Origin: the human T2T-CHM13v2.0 reference genome, Homo sapiens
Length of the DNA stretch: 64,000 nt
Strand: one strand, 5' to 3'
Assembly: GCF_009914755.1 (NCBI RefSeq)
Contig: NC_060931.1
Shown here: piece after piece, positions 13,204-26,205 of the stretch
Position numbering within the stretch: position 1 is the stretch's first letter
Layout of the letters: each line of letters starts with the position of its first letter
Translations under genes and position numbers: made by a program
The notes under the pieces: generated by a model
Databases searched by the model: none
What the model was told of the DNA's origin: nothing
The model's input: the letters and a program-made list of their open reading frames with translations, nothing else

Positions 13204-14974
13204 GATTCTATTACCTTTTCCTTAATGAAAGATCTACTTTTAGAACAAATCGCAAATAATAATATATTTGAACAGAAAAATACTATTTCACTAATGTTTT
13301 AATATCTAATTTCAGCTTCATAATATCCTAATGCTATCAGGTTAGTAGGGTAAACATTATAAATTTATTTTTACATGGAAAAAACTGTCCCCAAGATCAC
13401 ACAGCTATTGAGGAGTCAAATGCAAACCTTGTCAACCTAATCCTAATAGCAAATAATTACTGTACTTTGCTATTATCTCTCAATAATTGTCTCCTTGGTC
13501 ATTAGGTTGCCTCAATGTACATAATTAAATACAACATCAACAGGTAAGGTGGTATATTCAAAATGCGAACTTCAAAGTTTTACATCATCAAGGCTGCACA
13601 GTTTAGATAAATGTTTTTTGGTCTGGTTCAAGTTGGACAGAAATTTCATTGACCGACATCCTCTCAAAAGAGCCTATTGCAAGCTATTTTCTCCATAAAC
13701 CCGGGTCTGCCTGTCATCACTCATGGAGCATTAACTGAGCTCTTGCTACATGCTGAGCTCTCTGTTAGAATCTGAAGTTACATGAATGAATAAAAAGACA
13801 CAGTCCCTCATCTTCAGGAGATAACAGTAAACAACACAATATGTAAACAAATATTACAATTTGATGTGAGAAATGCTATCATATAGGGCAGCCTAGGGAC
13901 AAAAGACCAAGAAAATGGAATTTGGCAACTGTAAGTAAGATTTACTGGTTCTTGCCAGCGGCCTTGGAATTACGTAGCCAGAGAAGCATAAAAAATAGTT
14001 GTATGATACATTGATATGCATCAGAATCAACAAGTCAGAAAACATTTCATAAGTGAGATTATGCTTGATTCAGCCAGCCAAAAACCAGAAAAATCTATTT
14101 CTAATGGATACTACCAGTCCACAGAGATGCATATTTCCTTTGACAATGTTGTCATTAAATATGATGTAATAAACACCCTGCTTTATGTACAAAAGGAGAT
14201 TTAATCTAACTTTTCCACAATAAGAAGCAGACAACTCATGTTACTGTAGAAGGAATACAGAAAAAAAATTAAGTTAGCCATTAAAATGACCACTGGAAGA
14301 GGAAATAGCAACACATCAATCCTAAGAATGAAGGATTTCAGCTGGACTCAATAAAATGTAATCACAACAGCTATCTACAAGGCTTTACTTTAATGATAAA
14401 ACACATCAGAACTTGTGAGAATAGGTTTTTAAAAATTTATTCCTATTATTGGAAATTCTGAAAATGTGCAAGCCAGGTCAATATTGCATTATTTAAAGAT
14501 GCACTGTCAAACAATCTTTTACTGAAACCAAAAACATCTACATTCTCAGTGTTATAGGAAATATAGCCGGTGTTTTATAACATTCTGCATTAAATGGTAT
14601 TGTTTATCTAAGGGGGTTCTTAGAAAAGAACGTTAAGCTTTCAACAATCCCAACATCACCCAAGCACAAAAATGAAAACCGATCAGAACTGCAAATGACA
14701 AAAGGATAACAATTTGTTACTTCATACATTTCTGTGATATAATTTCCACAATTTCCATTCATGCAGTGACTTCTAGATAAAACTCATTCTCCTTGCAAAT
14801 GCGTTATAGCTTAACCATATATAACATGTAAATATCTACAAGTGAAAAGCAGCTTAGCTTGTTTAAAAAAAAAAAGATCCTGGAATATAAACAGAGTAAC
14901 AGAAGCACTCGTTCAAGTTCACTCATGGCATGCTATCCTCTTCTCATCCCTGCAGTGGAGCACACCCATGTTCC

Positions 14975-15090
14975 CTCTGCATGACCCTGGGCAAGATGTG
15001 TAACATTTGTGGCTATCAGTTCCTTCATTTGTAAAAAGAAGGGTGCTTGACAGGATGATGTCAAGATGCCTTTGAATTTCAACATTTTGT
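14975..15090 (+). mobile_element. MIR fragment
   Basis: catgaccctgggcaagatgtgtaac...tcagttccttcatttgtaaaa...gatgatgtcaagatgcctt. Confidence 0.6.
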
Positions 15091-15740
15091 GTTTCTATGA
15101 ATATACCACATAGCTGCCTCCCATGAGTACTGTGAATTATGTAAGTTCTAATACGGGAATAGAACATCATGTTAAATACAATAAATTGCTTTTTGAAAAG
15201 CCTACAGGAGATGAACTAGAGGGTACATCAGAAAACTTTTCCAATTCAAAATTATAAATCCTGACTTCACAAGTCAAAGAATGACTGGGGATCTTAAAAA
15301 CTGATTTTTTGTTAGAGTATTGGAGCCTTGGTCAGGTGCTAGGGATCTGATGACCAGTTCATTGAAGCATTATAGTTCTCTTGTCAGTTCAAAAAAAAAA
15401 AATGAAAGGAGTGTTGGGGATGGGCTGAAGATGAAGACAACAATGGCTTCCATTTTACTATTCAATAATAGCCTCGCTTTTCCTCTCCTCGTCCATTTCT
15501 CTCTCCTATTTCTTGATCCTGCTCAACTTTCCCTTTCTCTCCCTTCCCTTTCCCTTGTCTTACTCTGTCTTTCCCATTTTAAAAACCTGAAAATGGAGAT
15601 GAGCCACCTGATACAACACCCTTTCAATTACTTCCATCCTGTTACTCTGAGACTCACTAATAGCAGCAGCAAAAAAAGGACTGTTGCATGGCCTGGCCTC
15701 TTGCTGAGCATGGAAAATAGAACACATTCATTTACCTCCA

Positions 15741-16120
15741 TGTTATAAACTGAATGTCTGTGTACTCTTAAAATCCACATGTTGAAGCCCTGCCCCTCTG
15801 ATGTGATAGTATTACCTTTAGGAGGTAATGAGGTTTAGATGAAGTCATGAGAGTAAGACTCCCACATGGGATTAGTGTCCTTAATAGAAGAGGAAAGATC
15901 AGACTGATCTCTCTCTGTCTCTCTCTGTCTCCATTCACCGTGTGAGAACACAGTGAGAAGGCCATTGTCTGCAAGCCAGGAAGACAGCCCTCATGAAAAA
16001 CCCAACCAGGCTAACATCCTAATCTCAGACTTTCCAGCCTCCAGAACTGTGATAAATAAATGTCTCTTGTTTAAGCTACTCAGTTTATGGTATTTTGATT
16101 TAGCAACCTGAGCTAAAACA
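15741..16120 (+). mobile_element. MaLR solo LTR, MLT1A-type
   Basis: TGttataaactgaatgt...gggattagtgtcctt...ccagcctccagaactgtga...tttaagctactcagtttatggtatttt...gctaaaaCA. Degenerate 5-bp TSD ctcca/ttcta. Confidence 0.88.
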
Positions 16121-16149
16121 TTCTAATTCCTCCAAATACCCAACTAAGT

Positions 16150-18420
16150 TGTCTACTATAAAAAAAAAGAGGGGAAAAGAGGAGAGAAATGTCACCAATG
16201 TTTTGAAAGCTGAAAAGCAGATGATTACCAAGTTGCAATTGACTTACCAGAATAGAAAAAGCTCAGTGAGAGCCCACAAGGAGTGGGGCTGGGGATGAGG
16301 CCAACAGAAACAAAGCTGGTGTTCTACTTAACATGATGAAGGCCCTGGAGTGGAGGTACCAGAGGCTCCAGAAGGTGGGGTTGAAAATGGAGTTGGTTGA
16401 AAATCTCTAAAGTCCCTTCCCTCAACTCCAGTCCCTCTGCACAGAAGATCAGAGAGTCATTTTCTATAGAGGATGAACTCAGGGACATCAAACACAGCTG
16501 AAGACATAGTGAGTTTCTATAGAATAAAAGTCTGCATGCTGAATGGATAGTCCCTGGTCCCCTCTCCCTGTTTAGCATCCAGACTGCAGTAGCCTAACTT
16601 ATCTCCCCCCACCCACCCCTGCCCCCACTAAACCCCATACAGAAAATTGGAAGAGTCTTCTCTGGAGAATCTGGTCCAAGGGTAATGACATACTGATACT
16701 TACATGGATGTTTCCCAACTAAATGACCAATTCCACCTGCTCGAGCTAAAGTAAAGCCCACTGGCCAATGAATTTGTCCTCACCTCCAAGGCTCACAAAC
16801 ACCATGTCAGCACCTCACTCTTAATATCACAGCAGACATTTGAGAGGAGCCTTTACCGTGAAAGTCAGGAACCAAAGCAAACAGAAGAGGTAAACTTAGA
16901 GGACAAGAAATAAGACATACATAGATAACTTCAAGATTATTAATATCCTCAGAGACAAGAAGTGTGTCCATGCAACAAGAATAGGAGGCTAAAAGAATAG
17001 AAACATTCAGAGGGCAAGAAGAAGCTCCTAGAAATTAAAAAGGAGACGATAGAAATATCTCAATAGATAAGGTATAAGAGCAAGTAGAGAAAACATTTCA
17101 GAAAGCAAAACAAATGAAAATGACCATAAAATTGGAGAATTCATTCAAGAGGCTTAACTTTCCAATTTTGAAATCCCCAAAAGAGAAAATAGAGGCCATT
17201 ACCAAAGAAAAATTTAAGAATATTTCTCAGAACTGAAGAATAAGAACTTTTGGATTGAAAATAGTTATAAAATACCAGCAAAAAGAAAAGAAAGGAAGGG
17301 GAAGGAAGAAAACCTATATGAAGGAATATTAACACAAAATTTTAAAACACTCGTGAGTAAAAACCAATTACAGAGAAGGATTAAGGCTCAGAATGGTTTC
17401 AGGATTTTCACAGCAATAATGTGAAGTCAGAAGAAAATGGAGCAATGCCTTCAAAATTATAAGAAAAAATGAGTTTTATTTGAAATGAAAAGAAAGCAAG
17501 TTAACTATATATCAAGTGTGTAGGTAGAATAAAGTCTATTTAAAATATGAAGAAAACTCAAAAAAATCATTTACCTTCCATGCATACCTTTTTTTAGGAA
17601 GCTTCTCAGGGATGGAATGAAGCTTTCCAAACCAAGAAAGGAAACAAGAATGAACAAGACCCAGAATCCAAGTAGCAGGGAATTCACCACAGGAGAAGGA
17701 AAGGGGATTTCTCAAAGTGATGATGAAGAGAAGCAGAGTTAACAGCCATCAAAGGTCCAAAGATCATCCCACCCAGATTAGAGCAGGGAAAGGAAGCCTC
17801 CAGAAGAATCTCCAAGAAGAAAAGAAACTGAATGGATGGGCTGTTTGAGGTGTTTGGATATACTGAAAGGATATGTACAGTTCTGTCAAAGTTTGAGGAT
17901 GAATTGATAAGTTATATAGAAATCTAAGCATATGACAAAGCAAGAAATGATTAATTTCAGGAAAAACAAAATGTTTAAGAATAGAAATGGTATTTTAGTA
18001 CACTAGATTAACTGCAACATCAAATGCAGAATCATGATAATACAAGCACTGAATACTAATTAAATCAGAATTATGATACAATCCTACTGGAAAGATTGGA
18101 GGAAAGGAAGTGTATGTGTGTTCATACGCACATCCATGTGCAATGTGTGTACTGTGGGGAGTTAAGTCATCGTCTTCCGTAGTAGACAATCAAAATGAAA
18201 GCTAAAAAAAAAATCAAGAAATAGCAACATGAAAATGTTTTGTGAAAAATGGAGACAAATACCAGAAAAAGAGCTAAAGGGGTTGGAAACAATTGTTCTT
18301 GGGGATCAAGATTCAAAAGCACGGGGAGGGCAGTGGGTTTCTGTGAAGTCCAGTAGCACTATATACAATATCGCTTGGGTAAAATACATGTTTGGGGCCC
18401 TGATTTTTAAGGTCATTAAG
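16150..18420 (+). mobile_element. HAL1 (half-L1, ORF1-only L1 derivative) or old L1M 5'/ORF1 region
   Basis: A-rich decayed ORF1-like stretch (aatatcctcagagac...tccatgcaacaagaataggaggct...cattcagag...gctcctagaaattaaaa; aatggagcaatgccttcaaaatt) running into a 3'-end-like sequence with no ORF2. Confidence 0.6.
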
Positions 18421-18432
18421 TGGAAGTGGGGA

Positions 18433-18838
18433 TGATATGGTTTGGATGTGTCCTCACCCAAATCTCATATTGAAATGTAATCCCCAATGCTGGAGGTGGG
18501 GCCTGGTGGGAGGTGATTGGATCATGTGGGCAGAGTTCTCATGAATGGTTTAGCAACATCCACCCTTACTACTGTACAGTGAGTTCTCACAAGATCTGGT
18601 TGTTTAAAAGTATGTAGCACCTCCCCCTCCCTCCCTTGGTCCTGCTCCTGCCATGTAAGACACCTGTTCCCACTTTGCCTTCTACCATGAGTAAAAGCTC
18701 CCTGAGGCCTCCCCAGAAGCAGATGCCACTATGCTTCCTGTTCAGCCTGCAGAATCATGAGCCAATTAAACCTCTTGTCTTTATAAATTACCCAGTCTCA
18801 GGTATTTCTTTATACCAATGCAAGAACAAACTAATACA
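18433..18838 (+). mobile_element. MaLR solo LTR, MSTA/MSTB
   Basis: TGatatggtttggatgtgtcc...ccaattaaacctctt...ataaattacccagtctcaggtatttc...actaataCA. 5-bp TSD gggga/gagga. Confidence 0.92.
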
Positions 18839-20349
18839 GAGGAAAAAAGAGTTTAAAGATAGCAAGATAATTTTAGTCCTGTATGTTAGGGAAGCATCTT
18901 CTGTAACCAGGTTTCTCTTTAAAACATTTCTCCACCTTTATGCCTGTGACTGTATTATCTTATGCTGATTGCTTATTTGTTTGTTTGTTTTGGTGGCATA
19001 ATAGGTGCTTGTTTAATATTTTTAGGAACAAAATCCAGAAAACAACCTGCATTGACTAAAATAATAAGAACCACATGAAAATCCATGTTGCCTGGGTTTA
19101 AAGCATCTGCTTTTCATGTAAGTCAACACTAACCTACTAATCTGTCCCTAATTGGTCTGATACCCAAATGTCAAAGGTTCTTTTCAGATATATCAGTAAT
19201 TGGTTTTAATAACAAATAAGACCTATCATTTAACCAAAACCACTACTGACACTTTATCTGGATATTGTTTGCAATATAATATTATCTTTGTTGCTATAAT
19301 AAAGAAAATAAGAGTCCTCTCACATACAGACATAATTATTACCCAACTAATCCTTTTTAAGCACTTCAAGGGCCACAAGAAAATGAAATTCAGTGGACAA
19401 AATGGCTTCAGAGAACAGGGAAACACGTGAGAACCCAGAGGTAGGTATTTGCAGTCATGTACCTTGGCAGAGTTTAGTGTCCTAGCTATGAAGTATGCGA
19501 GTTTATAACTTTGGTAGGTGTTCAGTAGTGTTTCATAAGAAAAGAGAGTAGAGTATGAAATATATCAGTGGCTGTCTTCCAACCCCTCCAGATAGAGCTT
19601 GAAACTCTGGCATGAGTGCTTTTAGGAAGAGAAGAGGTTTGAGAAAGCTTCTTGGCAAAGTCTGAACTAACCCATTCAGATTGAAACTTGATGAGTTCTA
19701 TTTGAGAAATAAATCACAGATTCCATTAATCTGTGATTCAAATACATCTACATGTATTTTTTAATGTATGGTAGACACTGAGGCTCTGGAATTAATTACC
19801 TCACAGTTCTCCAGAAAGGATCTGAGTGGTTTCTTTTCCAACAGCAAATGGGCCACCTACATCTAGACTCCTTGCTGAATGAAGAGACTCCTTGCTCCTC
19901 GTCATTTACACAAGAGAAAGGAGAATCAAACATCAGCAATAGGGGGAATGGTCTCACACTGAGGCCCATGCCTGGCAAGGGGACTGTATCCCAACTGACA
20001 GATAATTTGGGATGCAAGTGATGAAAGAAATAAAAGGTATTGGATTCATAGGGCATTCCTTCATTTTAATACCAAATAATAAATATTCATTTTAAATCTC
20101 ACGGATTTCAAACATCACTTGGGCATAAACTTGGGAACAATCATGTAACTCAAAAGATGTTAAGTTATTTTCCTGCATTATGTCATTCTACAACAGGGAT
20201 TAGACTGCATAATCCCTCTGGATCTCATGGATGTCCCAGATACAGTAACTCGTGCAACATCAGGTTGGCACATTGTCTTCTAGTAACAGGTTTTTCTCAC
20301 CCTCTACCAACTCATATCCACAATCCTCACATGGGTGGTATTGCCTGCC

Positions 20350-20442
20350 TTTTTGCTTTTCTTTCTTTCCTTCCTCCTTTTCTTTCCTTCCTTTTTCCCT
20401 CCTTCCTTCTTTCCTCCCTTCCTTCTGATTCTCTCTCTCTTT
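20350..20442. repeat. CT-rich (TTCC/TTTC)n low-complexity tract
   Basis: Pyrimidine-only run ttttgcttttctttctttccttcctccttttc...ctctctct. Confidence 0.85.
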
Positions 20443-20472
20443 ATAGAAAAAGACACTAATCTTAGAAGCTGA

Positions 20473-20480
20473 TGACGTCA
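20473..20480. promoter_or_regulatory. Full palindromic CRE motif TGACGTCA (function unproven)
   Basis: Exact 8-mer with intact CpG, in non-repeat sequence. Confidence 0.3.
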
Positions 20481-21239
20481 GTAAGAATCAGGTTCTTATC
20501 TGGCTCTAATTGTACACAGCATCATGCAAAAGAATTTAATGAACTTAGGAGCCTCTCTGAGCTTATAATGTATATAAGAAGTTGAATGAGGAAAACGAAG
20601 GAGAAAGAGGTCACTGGCCCTTATAAGAACCAAATCCATAGGCAGATAAATGCTGCTTCACAATACTCCAGGAAAACAAGTCCCCAGTGAACGTCCTGGA
20701 AACTCAGCAGGCAAGACCACAATTTATGTGAGACCAGGAGAAAAACAGGCAAAGAAGAGACACACACACAGAGAAAGAAAAGATATAGAAATGGAGGGAA
20801 GGAAGATGGTGGTTAATAACTTCAGGTAGAATGTGACAGAAGAGAGCAAGACCTCAAAACAGGAACTTTTTCTTCATGTTTTCCATTTGTTATTATTAAG
20901 CATGAAAAACTCCCCAAAATAGCACTTGATTCATCATTTTCAGAGCTATCACAAGGATTTCTTCTATTTTTCTGCAGAATAGTTAGCATTCAAGTTATTT
21001 TTGCATGGGTGCCACAGCACAACATGGGCATAAAACTGTGAAAAATTAAATAGCTCAAAAGTGTAGGTGGGCTTCTGTGAAATTTGTGCTGAATGAATTT
21101 TTAGAAAGCAGAATGCAGTACTAGAATTGCTGCACATGTGTTCTATTATTAAATATCTAACTCTTCTAAATTGGGAAGGATAATAACAAGCAATCTGTGG
21201 GAAAGCTGAAGATCTAAACAATACAATTCTGAAACCAAA

Positions 21240-21960
21240 ATAAAACTGATTTGGTATTTTTTACTTTTTTAATTGTTAAAACATCATTGTGGAGTAATAG
21301 TACAAAGACATAAAGAAAAATTTCTAAAAAAAATATTGTCCATATTCCTATCATCCCAGCATTAAAAATTATTATTTCTTTCAGTCTTTATCCACAAAAA
21401 TCCATAAATTATTAATGTGCATGTACTTTTTGTGTTTGGTTTCCCACTGAGCATTATCATGCTATCACAAGAGAAGCAACAGAAAGAACATTTGATTTTG
21501 AACCTAAGATGTGGTTTAAGTCTTGGCACACAGTCATTCCTTGTATAGTCCTCATAGGAATCATTTTCTTAGCTACCTAATATCCCACAGAATTGATGTA
21601 ACCAATTTTACTTACTCTTCTCCTTCTTCTTGGACATTTAGGTCATGACCAATATTTCACAGTTCTAAATATCACTGCAATACATATTTCCCTGATATAG
21701 CTTTCTTCTTATATTCTGTTTTCTGTATCCTTGATATAAATTCATGGCAGGTTGAACGTATTTATAGCTTTTGGTACATAGTGCCAAATTGTTTTCCAAA
21801 AGATTTATACCAATTTATACTTTTATTAGAAATATATTATTATATAGCAGACTTGCCAATATTGAATACTGTATGGTTAATGTTCTCCTAATGTAATATA
21901 TGGAAAATGATATCCCATCATACTATGTAAGTGTTAAATGTTACCCGTATTATATTTTAA
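21240..21960 (-). mobile_element. Old L1ME 3' fragments
   Basis: ttggacatttagg...cactgcaatacatattt...tgccaaattgttttccaaaagatttataccaatttatact, a reverse L1M ORF2/3' signature. Confidence 0.6.
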
Positions 21961-22129
21961 GATTATTAGTGTAAGCTATCAGGAGTTCTGAAAGTTAATA
22001 AAATTTTAAATTATAGCTCATAGACCTGTAAAAGACTATAGATATTATTTAACCTAGTCTTTTACCCATAGAGAAATTTTTGCAGCAATATCTTTGATGG
22101 AGACCTGATAATTATCTTACACCCCTCAC

Positions 22130-22845
22130 TGTGCTTAATTGCCCTCATTCAATGAGTCACTAAGTCCTACTGTTTCAAACCCCAAATCCCTCTCAAGTCT
22201 ACTCCAGCCATCATTATCTTTCTCCTCACTGCCATGGCCTTAGTTCAAGCCCTCCTTACCTCTCACCTGGGTTACTATAATAACCTCTTTGCCAGTATTT
22301 CTGCCTCCAGTTCAATAGTTGACATACTGTATGTGGTCTAAAATTTCAATCTGATGGTGAACGCTACTTCTCTGTTTAAATACTTCAATAGCATGTTATT
22401 TTCTTCCAGGACAAAATCTGAACTTCACGGCATAGCACACAAGGCTCTTCATAATTTAGCTCAGACTTCAGTCTTATCTCACATCAGTAACTCCACAACC
22501 ATCTGCCACCAACTAATTTCATGCTCTTACAAACCTTCATCTGGACATGTCCTGCAAGATGCCTTTCAAGGGTCCACTCCTCCAGGAGACCTTCCCAACT
22601 TCTTGTCTTCCCAGCATTGGTTGGACATTCATAACCTCATTCAAACAGATTATAAACCTCTAATTGGAGCATTTATTCCATTGCACTGTGTTTGTCTAGT
22701 TCCACATTTTCCCAACCAGCCTATTGGTTCTTTAAGGTTAGAAATGTACTTTTAACTCTGTATCTTCAGTGTCTTGCAGAGTGTGAACCCTTAGTAGTGG
22801 TAAATACATGTTTGTTGGATTAACCAATAAATAAATGAATGCTCC
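22130..22845 (+). mobile_element. L2
   Basis: cactgccatggccttagttcaagccctccttacctctcacctgggttact...; tail taaatacatgtttgttggatt...aaatgaatg. Confidence 0.75.
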
Positions 22846-22897
22846 AGTCTCTGTTCAACGTCTTCCAGTGGTAGTACCTTATCAAACAGTCCATCTC

Positions 22898-23219
22898 ATT
22901 TTTTATTTTTATTATATTTAAAAACAAAAATTTTTAGAAGCAAGGTCTCACTCCATCACCCAGGCTAGAACGCAGTGGTGCTTTCACAGCTCACTGTAAT
23001 CTCAAACTCCTGGGCTCAACTGATCTTACCACATCAGCTTCCCAAGTAGCTAGGACTACAGCCATATGCCATCACACTTGGTAGTATGTTTTTTTTTTCT
23101 TTAGAGACAAGGTCTCACTATGTCGACTAGGTTGGTTTTGAACTCCTGGCTTAAAGTAATCCTCCCTATTCAGCCTCCAAAAGTGGTGGGATTATAGGTG
23201 TGAGCCACCATGCCCAGCC
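22898..23219 (-). mobile_element. AluJ (Jo/Jr-like), full length
   Basis: Reverse dimer ending gtgagccaccatgcccagcc; J-like cacagctcactg and ctcctgggctcaa. Confidence 0.9.
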
Positions 23220-23289
23220 TGTTTATTGTGACTTTAAAAATCAAAGGGCTCTTTTAAGTTTCTGCTACTTGTGACTGGACAAATGGTCT

Positions 23290-24155
23290 GTTAAACAAAT
23301 TTAAAAGAAAAAAACAACCCCATCAAAAAGTGGGAGAAGGGTATGAACAGACACTTCTCAAAAGAAGACATTTATGCAGCCAACAAGCATATGAAAAAAA
23401 GCTCATCATCAATGGTCATTAGAGAAATGCAAATCAAAACCACAATGAGATACCATCTCATGCCAGTTAGAATGCTGATCATTAAAAAGTCAAGAAACAA
23501 CAGATGCTGGAGAGGATGTGGAGAAATAGGAACACTTTTACACTGTTGGTGGGACTGTAAACTAGTTCAAACATTGTGGAAGTCGGTGTGGCAATTCCTC
23601 AAGGATCTAGAACTAGAAATACCATTTGACCCAGCAATCCCATTACTGGGTATACACCCAAAGGATTATAAATCATTCTACTATAAAGACACATGTACAT
23701 GTATGTTTATTGTGGCACTGTTCACATTAGCAAAGATGTGAAACCAACCCAAATGTCCATCAATGATAGACTGGATTAAGAAAATGTGGCACATATACGT
23801 CATGGAATATTATGCAGCCTTAAAAAACGGATGAGTTCATGTCCTTTGCAGGGACATGGATGACGCTGGAAATCATCATTCTCAGCAAACTAACACAAGG
23901 ACAGAAAACCAAACACTGCATGTTCTCACTCATAAGTGGGAGTTGAACAATAAGAACACATGGACACAGGGAGGAGAACATCACACACTGCAGCATGTTG
24001 GGGGGTGGGGGGTGGGGGGCAAGGGGAGGGATAGCATTAGGAGAAATACCTAATGTAGATGACAGATTAATGTGTGCAGCAAACCACCATGGCACATGTA
24101 TACCTATGTAACAAACCTGCACATCCTGCACATGTGCCTGAACTTAAAGTATAAA
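23290..24155 (+). mobile_element. 5'-truncated L1PA (about L1PA7/8), ORF2 C-terminus and 3'UTR
   Basis: ORF 23343-23741 is the ORF2 cysteine-rich end ([19 protein letters not shown]...[10 protein letters not shown]); 3'UTR gggagggatagcattaggagaaatacctaatgtagatgac. Confidence 0.93.
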
Positions 24156-24171
24156 CTAATAATGTGCAAGG

Positions 24172-24469
24172 TGCCCAGGCATGGTAACTCACACCTGTAA
24201 TCCTAGCATTTTGGGAGGCCAAGATGGGTGGATGGCTTTAGCTCAGGGGTTCAAGACCAGCCTGGGCAACGTGATGAAACCCCATCTCTACAAAAAACAC
24301 AAAAATTAACCAGGTATGGTGGTTTGCACCTGTAGTACCAGACACTTGGGGGGCTGACGTGGGAGGATCACTTGAGCCCAGGAGGTGGAGGCTGCAGTGA
24401 GCCAAGGTCATGCCAGTGTACTCCAGCATGGACAACACAGTTAGACCCTGCCTCAAAAAAAAAAAAAAA
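24172..24469 (+). mobile_element. AluJb, full length
   Basis: Dimer with gggaggatcacttgagcccaggagg and a poly(A) tail. TSD aa(t/a)gtgcaagg at 24161-24171 and 24470-24480. Confidence 0.92.
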
Positions 24470-25062
24470 AAAGTGCAAGGCACTGTTAAAGCATTTGCTG
24501 GCCTAAAAGATACATAAAATAGTTCATCTTGTGTGACTTACTAAATATAATATGGATACCATCTTTGACATGTACATTAAATATGACGTCTACCCTTATA
24601 ATAATAGGAGGAACTACAAAACTATTTTAAAAAGAAAGTGTGAACACTTTTAGGGAAAAAAAAATACGTATTCAAGGGTGATGCAGAACCTCAGGTCCAA
24701 TCTGGCTGTATCAGAGAATCCTCTTGCAGGTCAGAAAAGGTTGTCTGAGGAAGCAAGGCTGGAAGCAGACTGTCCACAGGCAAAGGTGTTGATGCATTTA
24801 ATGGGCTCTGGCAGCTGCTTTCACACATACTCAGTATGGAAGGAGGAATTGAAGTAGAAAAAAGGAGGAAAACAAAAGGAACAAGAACAAGGAAATTTGC
24901 TTAAAGGAATTAATAAGTAAGCAAGAAGACCAAGGGGAAGAGACATTATATCATATTAATTCTATAAGCATAAAAAAGCTTAAAAATAAGATAGTCCAAT
25001 GCCAATGTGATTTAATTATTATGTTGCCCCATTTGAAAGGAAATACTGCCTTTTGTAATCTG

Positions 25063-25564
<502 letters not shown>

Positions 25565-25566
<2 letters not shown>

Positions 25567-25684
25567 ATTCTGTACTCATACAGAATGAGTACAGAGAAGA
25601 ATTCTGTACTCATACAGAATGAGTACAGAGCAGAATTCTGTACTCATACAGAATGAGTACAGAGCAGAATTCTGTACTCATACA
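25565..25684. repeat. Palindromic minisatellite, 34-bp unit x3.5
   Basis: Unit GAATTCTGTACTCATACAGAATGAGTACAGAG(A/C)A starting at 25565, 25599, 25633 and 25667 (partial); one mismatch among copies. Confidence 0.97.
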
Positions 25685-25959
25685 AGATTTAAAATATAAA
25701 GAAACTTAAACTTAAGGAGGACCTAAGGGACAAATTCCCCTGTTTGGGAGATAATTAAATAATATTTGTATTGGTCTTTGCAATTTATACTATACTTTCA
25801 TGTATTTCATTGAATTAATAAGAATATAGAAGCTAAAGATGAATGTGGAGTCTCCATCAACAGAGGCCATAAGAAAGGAATCATAGCCCTGTGTCTTCAC
25901 CAATTAGAATGTGATTCTCATGGAGCAAAGCCCTTACTGAGCTATATTAGATAGGAAGG

Positions 25960-26205
25960 AGACAACAGTGATTAAGAATGAAGACTCTCAGCCAGACTGC
26001 CTGTGCTCAAAACCCAGTTCCTATTTCCTGGCTGTGTGATCTTACTGAAGCTACTTAACTTCTCTGTGCCTGTTTTCTCCTTATTTTAATGGCAATAGTA
26101 GTAGTACTGACCTCATAAGAGCTGACATGAGCTATATGAGCTAGCACATGCAAAACAGCTAGAACAGTGGCTGGCATACAAAATAAATTGCTCAGTGTTG
26201 GTTAG
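25960..26205 (+). mobile_element. MIR
   Basis: cagtgattaagaatgaagactctcagccagactgcctg...ctacttaacttctctgtgcctg...agaacagtggctggcatac. Confidence 0.8.
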
